A stretch of 64,000 nt of DNA from Octopus vulgaris. Taxonomy: Eukaryota. Where the stretch lies: contig OX597820.1 of assembly GCA_951406725.2 (NCBI GenBank), positions 97,960,001 to 98,024,000 of the forward strand, read 5' to 3'. Below the pieces are notes generated by a model, which saw nothing but the letters and a program-made list of their open reading frames with translations, searched no databases and had not been told where the DNA came from. Each line of letters opens with the position of its first letter. Position 1 is the first letter of the stretch. The position numbers were made by a program, and so were the translations under genes. Positions 13,890-27,167 of the stretch are shown one piece after another.

Positions 13890-14628
13890 CGAGGTGGCAT
13901 CAAAAAGTTCCTAAGCTAGTTCTGTAGCGCGCCAACAGATGGCAGCACTCGGCTGCATGCGCTGTGAGAGCTAGCTGTGACTTTCATGAGGTAGTGTTGC
14001 TGTGTTTACTTCGCAAGTTGTGAAATTTGTGTTTTTGTGATCACGAGTATTCTGTAGTTTGCGATTCTTGTCATGGACAAGAAGTTGGAAGAAAGAGCTA
14101 ACGTGAAATTTTGGGTGAAATTTGGGAAGTCTGCTACAGAGACATTGAATGTGCTTCGGCAAGATTATGGTGACGAGGAAATGGATCGCACGCAATGTTT
14201 CTAGTGGCACGGGCGCACGACAGAGCTGCAGCTCAATCAAGAGCATACTCATGATTGTTTTTCGTCATCCGTGGTATAGTGCATCGAGAATTCGTTCTCG
14301 AGGGCAAGACTGTCAATCGTGAGTTCTACTGAGACGTTTTGAAGCGTTTGATGGAGGATATTCGCCGAAAGCGACTGGATCTGTGGCACGTGAAGATTTG
14401 GATTCTTCACTATGATAAGACACCCTGTCACCGAGCTCTACTCATGGTATCGCTTCTGCACCCGCCCTATTCGCTAGATTTAGTACCTGCTGACTTCCCT
14501 CTCTTCACCAAGATCAAAATGCAGCTCAAACGTTGCTGTCGTTGTTGGGATCCAGAGCGAATCACAGAAAGTTCTCGACTCGCTTACGGAAAACGAGTTT
14601 CAGGCCGGATTCCACAAGTGGCAAGAAT
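13890..14628 (+). mobile_element. Internally deleted mariner element
   Basis: Begins TA|cgaggtggcatcaaaaagttcc. Encodes MDKKLEERANVKFWVKFGKSATETL and WILHYDKTPCH...LHPPYSLDLVPADFPLF. Confidence 0.85.
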
Positions 14629-15595
14629 GCGCTTTACTTTCTCCCGATCGTTGTAAGAATCTAAAATTTAGAACACTAAGACCGGTGTACTGCTGCTCAA
14701 TGTGTCTATTTCGAAACCAACTCGTACTGCTTTTTCTCGTCAAAATGTGTTTTCTTACAAAATGGTACATGAATGGAACGAAAGTAAAACAGCTAAAGTG
14801 GAAGTGCGGGCTATCTACACATAAGGTATCCAATGTGTTGGGTTCATTATTGTTGTTGGATTCACCAAAAATGTTAACTGAATTCCTAAATAACATGAGT
14901 AAACCAAGGATATTATCTATTCAGGTATAACGAATATTAATTCACGAGAGTAAGAATGCGCTTTACTTTCTCCCGATCGTTGTAAGGATCTAAAATTTAG
15001 TGAGGATTCGCATCTTGCCGATAGAAACCTATGTGGGCTGTGTGTATGTACCGAAAGAGATTGTCTGAAGAAATTGGCATTGGAAAAACGTTTTCCTAAG
15101 AAAATCTATCCTCTGTGCAATTCATTTATTCCTTGTATTTATTGTTGGGTGTATAAAACCGATATCAAAATGATTGTCCATAAAATGAATTTCTTTTTAT
15201 TCCTACCAAAAGCACTTTCACTTCTTTGTCAGATAAAAAAAAGAAAACAGGCCATTTTTTCTGCACCTTATCTTTGAGACACACACACATACACACATTA
15301 ATCTATCTAGGCTTTTCCTTCCACGAGTAAACCTCACCTGTCCTCCCCTTTACACTTCATATTGACATTTCTGTGATTACGATCCCTATTGATCAACTTT
15401 TTTTCCTCTCCCCTTTTCTTTTTTTTCCCTCTCCCCCTTTTTTAAAAAAATCCTCCCCTTTTTTTGTCCTCTTTCTTTCCTTTTACGATCCCTTTTGATC
15501 GAAACCCAACCCCCTTTTTTTTACCCCCAAAAGAAAAGCTCTACCTTGTAATTTGTTCTATCTGTGTGCAGCCCTGTGTGGCTAATAAAGAAACA

Positions 15596-15663
<68 letters not shown>

Positions 15664-15664
15664 A

Positions 15665-15705
<41 letters not shown>

Positions 15706-15738
15706 GTTATCTGTCTGTCTGTTTGTTGTCTGTCTGTA

Positions 15739-15769
<31 letters not shown>

Positions 15770-16627
15770 CTCTCTCTCCCACTCAGAGTACAAGTAACTC
15801 AAATGAAGATGCTAAAAATTTTAAAAACTGTATAGCAGAACACAGTTGTATTTTCAATAGAAGATATGTGTCTACATGTGTGAACTTTTATGTATGAGTG
15901 TATGTATGTGTATATGCACGTATCTGTATGTGTGTGTATGTATGTGTGTCTATCTGCGTATGTAGCAATATTTCTAACTGTTCAGAGTTCAAGGAAAAAA
16001 TGTGAAACAGGCCTATCAGTTCACACAAAAATGTGAAGCAAACATATCGTGTGATATGTTTTGTATATCAGATGACTGGTTTCCCCTAATGAGAGCAGAA
16101 CAATAGCGAGTAGATATCTATAGAGTATTCTTAATTTAGGCGTGATTATCATTTCATTTGGAAAGTCGATAGCTTCTTGGATGGAGACAAGACCACAAAA
16201 AGCATTTTATAAGAAAAACAGAAACTCCAGAATTGTTTTACATCCTTAGATGAATGCATGTCACACGATTAAAGCACTCTAACGGAAGAGAGACACATGT
16301 GCACAAACTAACACACTTTCGTAACTAGTACAGAACATATTAAAACTTTTTTATCTAAGACACTCCTTCTCTAGCTTCATGTAACGTTTGCTTTTACAAG
16401 AATTATCTGACCTAATGAACTATAGCTTATTTTAACATTACACGCCGCATTATACGAACAATCCTGCATTGGTATTTTCCCCATTTATTCAAGAAACAGT
16501 TTGTTAACTTTAAGTTTGTTATATAAGCATCTGCTTCTGTCTTGTTACATATTGCTACAACTTTCATTTCATTGACTGTGAGCAAGGCGGTATACATTTT
16601 TTAAACACCCTGTTAATTTCCTCTTAT

Positions 16628-17022
16628 TTCTTCATTGCCCGCAAGGGGCTAAACAAGGGGACAAACGAGTACAAAAGGGATTAAGTCGATTACATCGACA
16701 CCAGTGCTCAACTGGTACTTTATTTATCGACCCTGAAAGGATGACAGGTAAAGTCGACCTCGGCGGAATTTGAACTCAGAACGTAGCGGCAGACAAAATA
16801 TCTATTTCTATTTCTTTACTACCCACAAGGGGCTAAACACAGAGAGGACAAACAAGGACAGACACACGGATTAAGTCGATTATATCGACCCCAGTGCGTA
16901 ACTGGTACTTATTTAATAGACGCCGAAAGGATGAAAGGCAAAGTCGACCTTCGCGGAATTTGAACTCAGTAATACCGCTAAGCATTTCGCCCGGGGTGCT
17001 AACGATTCTGCCTGCTCACCGC
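16628..17022 (-). mobile_element. SINE family A, tandem (partially duplicated) copy
   Basis: Two consecutive reverse-complement units of family A. Confidence 0.85.
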
Positions 17023-17779
17023 TCTCTGTATATTCTTCTTACCACATATATTTCTTATTAATCAAGTAGTTGAAGCTTAGAATTGTTTTGCTTTGTGCGG
17101 ATAGTTGATTATGAACTTGTAACAACTAATTTAGGGTATGAATTTAATGTGATCATTCTTCGTAAATCTTTCTGATATTATCAACCTTGGTTAAGTAACT
17201 ATGTAAAGATGTGATTTCATTTTTAAACACCAAGAATAAGTTTTCGTTTAGTTTTGTTAGAATTATCTGCTTTACTTGAAGTACGAAGAGGTATTCAAAC
17301 AAACGTACAAGATACATAAATGCATACATATATATAAATATATAAAGCTATATATTTGTGTCTGTGTGCTTTTTTTGTCTGTGTGTGTGCATGCATGCCT
17401 GCATGTGTATGTATGTACGTATGTATATATCCCATTTAAAAGTGGCTGTTGTGTTAGTGCAAAGAATACTGCGATTGTTACGTATAGAGAACTTCGCATA
17501 TGGACTTGTGGTGCATATGAGCACAAATGTTTATATCGCCTGCGCGAGGTAATCAAATGCCGTCATTGAAATTACGAAATCCAGTAGTCCCGTCGGCGTC
17601 GATGTCGGTTGATTATATCTTGCAAGCGATATAAACATGATTGCTTATATGCACCATTTGAAAGGTTCTCTATAGGTAACTCTGGCAGTATTCTGCGCTC
17701 TAACACAACAACCACTTTTAAGAAGAGATAGATATTACCTTCCGGTATTAATACTACTATTCTCGCTATCTAACTATTC

Positions 17780-17877
<98 letters not shown>

Positions 17878-18195
17878 AATCTATCTATCTATCTGTCTAT
17901 CTATCTATCTATCTATCTATCTATATATCTATCTATCTATCTATCTATCTATAAATATATATATATATATATATAAAATATATATGTATGTATATATATG
18001 TATGTTTATACATGTATGCATAGATACGTACATACGGAAATGTATGTTTGTGTGTATATATAAATTTATATATATATATATGTGTGTGTGTATGTATGTA
18101 TGTATGTATATATGTATGTATATCTATCCATCTGTCTGTCTGTCTCTCTCTCTCTCTATATATATGTATACATATATATGTGTGTAGGTGTGTGA

Positions 18196-18240
<45 letters not shown>

Positions 18241-18244
<4 letters not shown>

Positions 18245-18396
18245 ATCCAAACAAGAAAGCACAAAAAAACACAACAACGCGAGGAAGTGGAACAAATATA
18301 GTATTATTGGACGCTCAGGAAAGAAGGAAAGAAGGAGGGTTTAACGTTTCGAGCGGAGCTCTTCGTCGGAAACATAGGAGAAGGGAAGACAGAGGA
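18241..18396 (-). mobile_element. Short (TA)n-embedded HHR-bearing PLE-derived element, family H2
   Basis: Homologous to 20128-20257 (-) and 45475-45692 (+). HHR motif gttt-CCGACGA-a-gagc-tcc-gctc-GAAA-cg-tt-aaac at 18339-18373. Confidence 0.7.
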
Positions 18397-18430
<34 letters not shown>

Positions 18431-18435
18431 ATGCA

Positions 18436-18481
<46 letters not shown>

Positions 18482-18815
18482 ATTAATGTTATTAATGGAC
18501 CCATAGTTACTTCGTACTGAAGAGATTCAATCTAAAAAAGAATAACTTATATATAGGATTGTTAACTATTTATTGTTAAACCGGAAGAAAATAAGATAAA
18601 GAAACCAAATTAAGTAAATTCATACAGGTCATACAATATAATATATCTCATTGTATTAAACTTAATTTTACTTCGCAAATGATATGGTATAATTGACTCT
18701 TGTAACACACAAGACTAAGCAATGGGCGACCAACGTATATACATACATCCATACATCTGTGTGCGCACATGCGTGTGCACAAGTGCGTGTATTCTGACAT
18801 ATGAGAGATTGAATA

Positions 18816-19022
18816 TGGGTTTCAAATTTTGGCACAAGGCCAGCAATTTCAGAGTTGCAGGTAAGTCGATGAAATTGACCCCACAACTCAACTCATACGT
18901 ATTTCATCGACACCGAGAGGATGAAAGCTAAAGTCGATCTCGGCGAAACTTGAACTCAGAACGTAAAGACGGGCGCTAAGTATTTCGCCTAGCATGCTAA
19001 TGATTCTGCTAGCTCGCTACCA
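18816..19022 (-). mobile_element. SINE family A copy
   Basis: Reverse-complement homology to 8787-8998. Confidence 0.75.
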
Positions 19023-19194
19023 TTATGAGGAATTTAACATAATAAAAGAAAACAAGCAGCATTGGCTGAATGAAGAAGCCAATAAAAGTATAGCGTTTAA
19101 TATATATTAGAATCTTATTCAATGATTTCTAAGTTTCGCAAAACATCGAAATTAGCATACATTCGCTAAAATATCTAAATGATGGTCTCGTTAG

Positions 19195-19372
19195 CTACTA
19201 CACACATTTTTTTCTCTCCTTGTTTCTCTCCTTTTTTTTCTGTGTATCTTTCTGTAGAAGAGCGTAGGCTCGAAACGTAAAAGACTTTGTCAATTCCTGA
19301 GCGCTATACTAATACATCTGTTTGTTTGTACACCACCTGCCTTCGTCTTTTGTTTATTTTCCTAAACTTTCC

Positions 19373-19376
<4 letters not shown>
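19195..19376 (+). mobile_element. Short (TA)n-associated HHR-bearing element, family H1
   Basis: HHR motif tcttt-CTGTAGA-a-gagc-gtag-gctc-GAAA-cg-ta-aaaga at 19247-19284. Homologous copies at 19757-19930, 38733-38865 and 58268-58427 (all -). Confidence 0.7.
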
Positions 19377-19414
<38 letters not shown>

Positions 19415-19656
19415 ATATATATATAACTTAGATGAAACATAGATATGTTTCGACTAAAGATTGGTCCAGTCCAATTAGCACCACCTGATAGGATTATCTA
19501 AATCCTTTCTAAGTCAAATTTTGTTTATGGTCCATTCAAGTAGTGTGTTCTTGTTGAGTGAGTTGTATCCAGGTATCTCCGTTTAAAGGAGATGGCATCC
19601 TTTTACTCTTTAATCAGTTTTGGGACAATGTTAAACAGGGCGGGTCCTGTTGAGGG

Positions 19657-19930
<274 letters not shown>

Positions 19931-20007
19931 GATCTATAATGGCGATATGTATATACCCATTCATAAACAAACACACACACACGTACACGTACACACGCAC
20001 ACATATG

Positions 20008-20060
<53 letters not shown>

Positions 20061-20127
20061 GCATAAATATATATAATATTTATCTATTTGTCTAAACATA
20101 CATACGCGCGCATATATATATATATAA

Positions 20128-20257
20128 AGTTAATCCAAACAAGAAAACAAAAAGACAACAACGCGAGGATGTGGAAAAAATAAAGTATTATTGGACGCTC
20201 AGGAAAGAAGGGAAGAAGGAGGGTAAGACGTTTCGAGCGGAGCTCTTCGTCGGAACA
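20128..20257 (-). mobile_element. Family H2 HHR-bearing element
   Basis: Homolog of 18241-18396 with core CCGACGA. Confidence 0.7.
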
Positions 20258-20567
20258 CACACACACACAGATAGTTATTTGAAACAAAGACCCAAACCAA
20301 TAAAGAACGCGAGAGAGAGATATACAGAGAAGACAGACAGACAGACAGACAGAGACAGAGAAAGAAAGAGCGAGAGAGAAAAAGAAAGACAGATACAATG
20401 CTGTTGAATCTTAACGACAGACATAAATGAAAACAGTGTAATGCATGGTGATTTTTTTCATTTTGAATTTTGTGATTGAACCTTGCTGTTTTCTTTCTCA
20501 TGTGACGATACACACATACATTATACGCAAATACGTATATACATACACACAGACAAATATATATATA

Positions 20568-20611
<44 letters not shown>

Positions 20612-21009
20612 TATATATACATATATATATATATAGATAGATAGATATACATATATGCACGTACAGACACACACACGTACACACACGTACACACGTACAC
20701 ATTCACATATATAAATACATTCTTTTATGTGTATATTTTGTGTATAATGTATAAACTTCGTATTTATCTATGGGTGTATGTGTGTGACATTATTTTCATT
20801 TCTTTTGTATAAATATAGGCACACATATCTGGGAATAAATATATTAAGAAGATGTGTATATATATTCATACTTAAGTGTAAGCATACTGGCATATAATAA
20901 TTCGTATGAAAACAGCCGTTAAAATTGGTTCTCACACCAACGCATATTTTCAAAATGATCTCCCTCGTACGCCTCCGCATTCATAGACACACACACACGT
21001 GCACACTAA

Positions 21010-21063
<54 letters not shown>

Positions 21064-21152
21064 CGCACACACACGCACACACTCTCTCTCTAACAAAATT
21101 TCCAATCTAGATACGTAAATATTTATAAGATCTTTCATATTTCATTAAAAAA

Positions 21153-21246
<94 letters not shown>

Positions 21247-21440
21247 AATAATATTTACAAAAAGAACAACAAAAGAAATTGAAAATGTAAGATGCCGACA
21301 TATTTACCGATGAAGACGATGTATTGTTTGTTTAATATGAATCTCTGAAAGTAGGTGAAGAATATTAGCGTCTTCTGGCCAATAATTGGTTTCAGTTTTT
21401 CTGCTTACTCTCGAATAGTTTCTTACCATGGGGCAGTAAT

Positions 21441-21740
21441 TCTTTTCTTTTACTTGTTTCAAATCGTTACACTGCGGCGGCCTTGCTGGGGCACCGCTCT
21501 GAAGAATTTTTGTTGAACCAATCGACTCCATTACTTACTATCTTTTTTTTGTTTTAAGCCTGGTATTTAATCTATCGTTCTCTTTTAACGATCTGCTATG
21601 TTATCGTGGTATAAACGCATCAACACCGCTTGTGAAGCGGTGATATTGGACAAATACACACACACGCACACACACATACACGTATGTATACGACGAGCTT
21701 CTTTCAGTTTCCGACTACCAAGTCCACTTATAGGGCTTTG
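21441..21740 (-). mobile_element. SINE family B, diverged copy
   Basis: Homology to 63346-63740. Confidence 0.7.
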
Positions 21741-22099
21741 ACAAAATATATAAATAAATTAAGATGCTCGTACACAGTTTCGAACGTTGTTGAATGGATA
21801 AATTTCCGGACAAGAATGGAACTCATTTGGATATAGGTCGTCAGCTCATTTAGAGCTGAGCTGGGGGTTAAACAACAGCAATAACAAGCACAAAAAGAAA
21901 TGATCTATCACTTTGGAGTTACTAGTGGCACTTTAAATATGTTCCTATTGCCACTGCTTTCTATGTCAGCTGAAATTTAGTGAGGGTTCCTCCACGCGGT
22001 CTATCAACCCAGTAGAAACAGAGACCAGACCAGACCAGATCGTCCTCACATATTACATCCAACAAGTAAAACCATAGAGGACAAGATAATCCACAGGGA

Positions 22100-22332
22100 A
22101 GCACTCCGTCAGTTATGACGACGAGGGTTCCGGTTGATCCGAATTAACGGAACAGCCTGTTCGTGAAATTAACGTGTAAGTGGCTGAGCACTCCACAGAC
22201 ACGTGTACCCTTAACGTAGTTCTCGGGGATATTCAGCATGACACAGAGAGGGACAAGGCCGGCCCTTTGAAATACAGGTACAACAGAAACAGGAAGTAAG
22301 AGTGAGAGAAAGTTGTGGTGAAAGAGTACAGC
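22100..22332 (-). mobile_element. SINE family C fragment (core shared with 42050-42312)
   Basis: gctgtactctttcaccacaactttctctcactctt on the minus strand matches 42169-42205, followed by a different 3' domain. Confidence 0.65.
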
Positions 22333-22588
22333 ATAGTAATGTACGGAACGGCCACTACTAAGACGGGGCAGATTTAGCCAGAGATCTCCTTAAAAAAAGA
22401 CCTCAACAATAACAACAACAACAACAAAGGCATCAGTAATAACAGACGAATGAGTAATATTCCAAAGGTACTAAAAATTTAATTGATTAAAAAGTTTATG
22501 GTGGTGATGGAGGTGTTGCTACCCTGGTAACTATTTATCTATTTTTTTCGTGTTAATTGTAAACAAGGGAAAGATACAAACATCTATA

Positions 22589-22594
<6 letters not shown>

Positions 22595-22657
<63 letters not shown>

Positions 22658-22684
22658 TATAATAATAAAATTATTAAAAATAAA

Positions 22685-22715
<31 letters not shown>

Positions 22716-22729
22716 TTATTAAAAATAAA

Positions 22730-22788
<59 letters not shown>
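22595..22788. repeat. (TAA)n microsatellite
   Basis: Direct reading. Similar tracts at 21155-21250, 28805-29097 and 40370-40520. Confidence 0.95.
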
Positions 22789-22790
<2 letters not shown>

Positions 22791-22837
22791 TCGAAAAATA
22801 CCTTAGAAATGAGAACCCAGGTTCGAAATTTCCCCAA

Positions 22838-22883
22838 GACACCTGATGAAGGCTGGAGCGGATATCAGCCGAAACGTTGTGTT
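22838..22883 (+). ncRNA. Minimal type I hammerhead (PLE-type, palindromic stem III)
   Basis: gacac-CTGATGA-a-ggctg-gagcggatat-cagcc-GAAA-cg-tt-gtgtt. Intact core with an AACGTT palindrome. Confidence 0.8.
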
Positions 22884-22981
22884 AACAACAAACAAGATGA
22901 GGACAAATATCCGTCAAATGTAAATAATGTACATAACTCCTCATCCCTTAAATATAGAACTGTAATATATATACATACATA

Positions 22982-23097
<116 letters not shown>

Positions 23098-23124
23098 GGT
23101 ATATAATTATATATACATATATAC

Positions 23125-23159
<35 letters not shown>

Positions 23160-23161
<2 letters not shown>

Positions 23162-23490
23162 TATAAAATATTAGAAAAAACCCACCTTTTATCAATTCAA
23201 AATGAATAATTAAATTACACCATCTAGAAAATTACATATAATAGAAAAGTTAAAATTAAAATAACAATTAAAAAGTAAGGATTAAGTAAATTACAAGAAT
23301 AATGTAATGTATATAATAGGTAGAAAAGCATTACATTATTCTTGTAATTTACTTAATCTTTACTTTTTAATTGTTATTTTAATTTTAACTTTTAACTAAC
23401 TTTTCTAGTATATGTAATTTTCTAGATGGTGTAATTTAATTATTCATTTTGAATTGATAAAAGGTGGGTTTTTTCTAAATTTTATATATA
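23160..23490. repeat. Long fold-back inverted repeat (~150-bp arms) in (TA)n
   Basis: 23165-23309 is the reverse complement of 23328-23485, with an ~18-nt spacer. Confidence 0.9.
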
Positions 23491-23713
23491 TTATATTGTG
23501 TGGAATTTGATTTAGTATTTCTAAATTGAATTCTTTTTCCTTGTAAGTTTGGATTTTATTCCCTCAAATAATAATTATATATGGCGGTGCCCCAGCATGG
23601 CCACAGCTCATAAGCTGAAACTAGAATCAATCAATCAATCATATGTATATATATATATATATATAAAATACATTTATGTTTGCGTGTGTGTATGTATGTA
23701 TATATGTATATAT

Positions 23714-23998
23714 AGGAGTGGCTGTGTGGAAAGTAGCTTGCTTGGGCAAGTGTCTTCAGTTATAGCCTCCGGCCAATCAAAGCGTCGTAAGTGGATTTGG
23801 TAGACGAAAGCTAAAAAAAGCCTGTCATATACATATATATGTGCGTATATGTGTGTCCCCCGTAACTTAGCGGTTCGGCAAAAGAATTCGATACTGTAAG
23901 TACTAGGCTTACAAAGAATAAGTCCATGGGGTCGAATTGTTCGACTAAATGCAGTGCTCCAGCATGGCCACAGTCAAATGACTGAAACAAATAAAAGA
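23714..23998 (+). mobile_element. SINE family B copy (internally deleted)
   Basis: ggagtggctgtgtgg...gtaacttagcggttcggcaaaaga...cagcatggccacagtcaaatgactgaaac. Confidence 0.8.
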
Positions 23999-24009
23999 AG
24001 AAAATTATA

Positions 24010-24048
<39 letters not shown>

Positions 24049-24965
24049 CTTTTGATTCATATAAGTGTTTTTATTTTCTAGTAACTTAGCTTAGGCCAGC
24101 CATCATATATACATACATATACAATACGTATCTATATATTTATATATGTATTTACGTGTATATATCGCGTACATGTATGGGTATATTTGTGTGTGTATGT
24201 GTGTGTGTTTGTGTGAGTGTGTGTATTATTTATATATACATATATCAAAATTATTTATACTGCTTTCTTTCATTGTTCTTCAGTATGAAAAAAAACCCCC
24301 TCTTGTTGCTGCCTTGTTATTGTTGTTTCAGAAATAATTTTTGTCTCATTTCTTCCTTCCAAAACAGGAGACCCCCAATAACATTTCTTCAGCAATTTAT
24401 TTTTAGTTTCTTAGCAAACCTGTTTCTTTTATCGTTTTTACTTCTTTCTAATTCTCCCTCATTTTTCTTTCCCTCTTATTCTTTCCTGATATGTTTGTGT
24501 GTGTGTGTGTGTGTGTGTGTGATATTTTTGCCTTCCTATCCTGCTTTTCTTGTACAATTAATTAGTTCTTCCTGGGTTTTCTTAGTTCTTTTAATTTCCA
24601 TCTAAAAGGCATTAAATCTAGTCACTTTCTCGTGTGTCATCCAATATCATTACAACAAAGAAAAATAACCACTGGTATGTTGTCATTTTTTTTAATTATC
24701 TTATTAAATTTATCTATTCTTCCCTCTTCTTTATCTTTGCCTCTGGTTCCCAAATTTTACTGTTTTTCTTTGTTTTGTTTTTTGCAGACAGCCCCCTGTC
24801 TTTGTCTAACTATTTATTAGTTTTCTTACCCTTTATATTCAGGCCGCTGAAAATTTCCTCTAGAATTATAAACAATAATGAGAGAAGTGTCTAAGTAGAC
24901 GAACAACCTGTTAGAGGTAGCATCTAGAGATTCCTCAGAACGCACCATAAAGGCTTTAGAAATGG

Positions 24966-24996
<31 letters not shown>

Positions 24997-25276
24997 GGAG
25001 AGAGAGGGGAAGAGAGAGACAGGAGGAGAGGGGGATAGACACATTGTGCAACGGAGGCTCTTATATGTAAAATACAAAGATGGATAGTCTTGCCTAGAAT
25101 ACTTTTATTCAAAGGTCTGCTTCATCCTGGATATCCAGAGAATGGCCTATGGTATAAAGATAAAGAGAGATGTAAAAAGAAGAGAGAGTAAACCTGTATA
25201 CAGATTAGTGAAAGTAAAAAACATCGGTAGACAGATAACAAAGGGAGACAAGCATGACAGACAAGTTGACAGACAT

Positions 25277-25318
<42 letters not shown>

Positions 25319-25737
25319 CGACGCCCGTACCCTTTTTGGTCTTATATGTAAGTATATATATATATATATATATATAGAGAGCGGTAGATAGATGAAAAGA
25401 TAGATAGATAGAGAGTCAAACATTCAGGCAGACAGACAGATATATAGATAGACAAAAAAAGACAGACTGACAGACAGATAGATAAATAGATAAATTCGTA
25501 CACAAATACATTAACAGCCAGGCAGGCAGGCAGTGATTTAGTAATAAGAAATATAGATGAAAAATTGTTTTCCCACCTCCATTTGAAAACAGCAGAAAAC
25601 TGCCAAAACTAAGATAAAGGTTGGGGAGCGGGGAACGAGTTCAAGGTGAAAAAATAAAAACCCTCTAGGACCAAAGTATGAAACTTAATGAAACGACAAA
25701 TCGTATCTTTTTCTTAGATATTTCGTCTTTTGCTATC

Positions 25738-26664
25738 ATTATTACCTCCGCCAAGGATGGAGGTTATATTTTCATCGGCGTTGGTTTGTCCGTCTTTTCA
25801 TCTGTGTGCAAAATAACTCAAAAAGTTGTGAACGGTATTTGATGAAACTTGCAGGAAATGTTGGTAATGACACAAGGACCTGATAGTGAAATTTTGGTAG
25901 TGATCCGGGAATTTTTATGGATTCTTGCAGGAGTTTTCATTTGTTATATTTACTTTACTTTACTTTACTTTATATTTACTTTATATTTATATTTATATTT
26001 ACTTTACTTTATATTTACTGCCAGGCGGCGAGCTGGCAGAACCGTTAGCACGCCGGGCGAAATACGTAGCCGTATTTCGTCTGCCGCTACGTTCTGAGTT
26101 CATATTCCGCCGAGGTCGACTTTGCCTTTCATCCTTTCGGGGTCGATAAATTAAGTACCAGTTAAGCACTAGGGGTCGATGAAATCGTCTTAATCCGTTT
26201 GTCTGTCCTTGTTTGTCCCCTCTATGTTTAGCCCATTGTGGGTAATAAAGAAACATATATTTACTTTACATGAAGTATTACAATTTTACGGTCTATGATT
26301 ATCTCTCTTGAAAACACGTTCATCGTTTCCAACATAACCTATGTTGTCGTGCTGTTTCCAAAGTTTATTTTCGTTTCCCTTTTAGTAATTTTACTCGCTT
26401 CTCTATCTTAAAATGAGCTGCTTGGTGGAAAGGTCTGCGGAGCTTGCTGTTGTCATTGATGTATTATGACTGCTTCAGATGATTCCTGTTTTTAAAGGGT
26501 TCTTTTTTTAAATCATATTGCTGTGTTATTTTTTGACCCCCACCAAGGAAGTTATGCTTTTGCCGGCGTTTCTTTGGGAAATTGGGTAATTTTCAGCATG
26601 TCTGTAAATGGGTGGAAATGAGCTGCTTGGCAGAGGTCTGCGCTCTCCGAGTGCATTTCTAGTT
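25738..26664 (+). mobile_element. Helentron-associated (HINE/DINE-like) non-autonomous element with an inserted SINE A
   Basis: 5' attacctccgccaagg is complementary to 3' cttggcagagg(t). The element ends in a short gcgctctccgagtgc hairpin followed by ctagtt. Confidence 0.55.
26024..26253 (+). mobile_element. SINE family A, full copy
   Basis: ggcggcgagctggcagaaccgttagc...gtaataaagaaa. Confidence 0.9.
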
Positions 26665-26775
26665 GTTATTTACCTCCTGTTCAGCTCTCAGTACACCTAT
26701 GATTAGTTGGGTTCCAGCCACGACCCTCTTGTCTTTCTCAGGGGGGATTATATATCTAATATCACACTATGTAAA

Positions 26776-26993
26776 GGTGGCGAGCTGTAGAATTGTTAAC
26801 AGCGCCTGGCAAAATATTTAGCGGCGTTTCCCCGGTCTTAACGTTCTAGGTTCAAATTCTATCAAGGTCGACTTTGCCTTTCATCCATTCGGGTTCGATG
26901 AAATAAGTACCAGTTGAGCACTGGGGCCGATGTAATCGACTTGCACCCCGTCCCACCGAAATTTGTGGCTTTGTGCCAAATTTTCGAAACCAA
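26776..26993 (+). mobile_element. SINE family A copy
   Basis: Homology to 8787-8998. Confidence 0.8.
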
Positions 26994-27053
26994 TATTTAC
27001 AGTATGTGATGGTGGCGAGTAGATAGAATCATTGGTACACCGGGCAAATGCTT

Positions 27054-27108
<55 letters not shown>

Positions 27109-27167
27109 TGTGTGTGTATGTGCATATGTGCAAGTGTGTGTTTTTGTGTACTTGTGCATATGTACTA

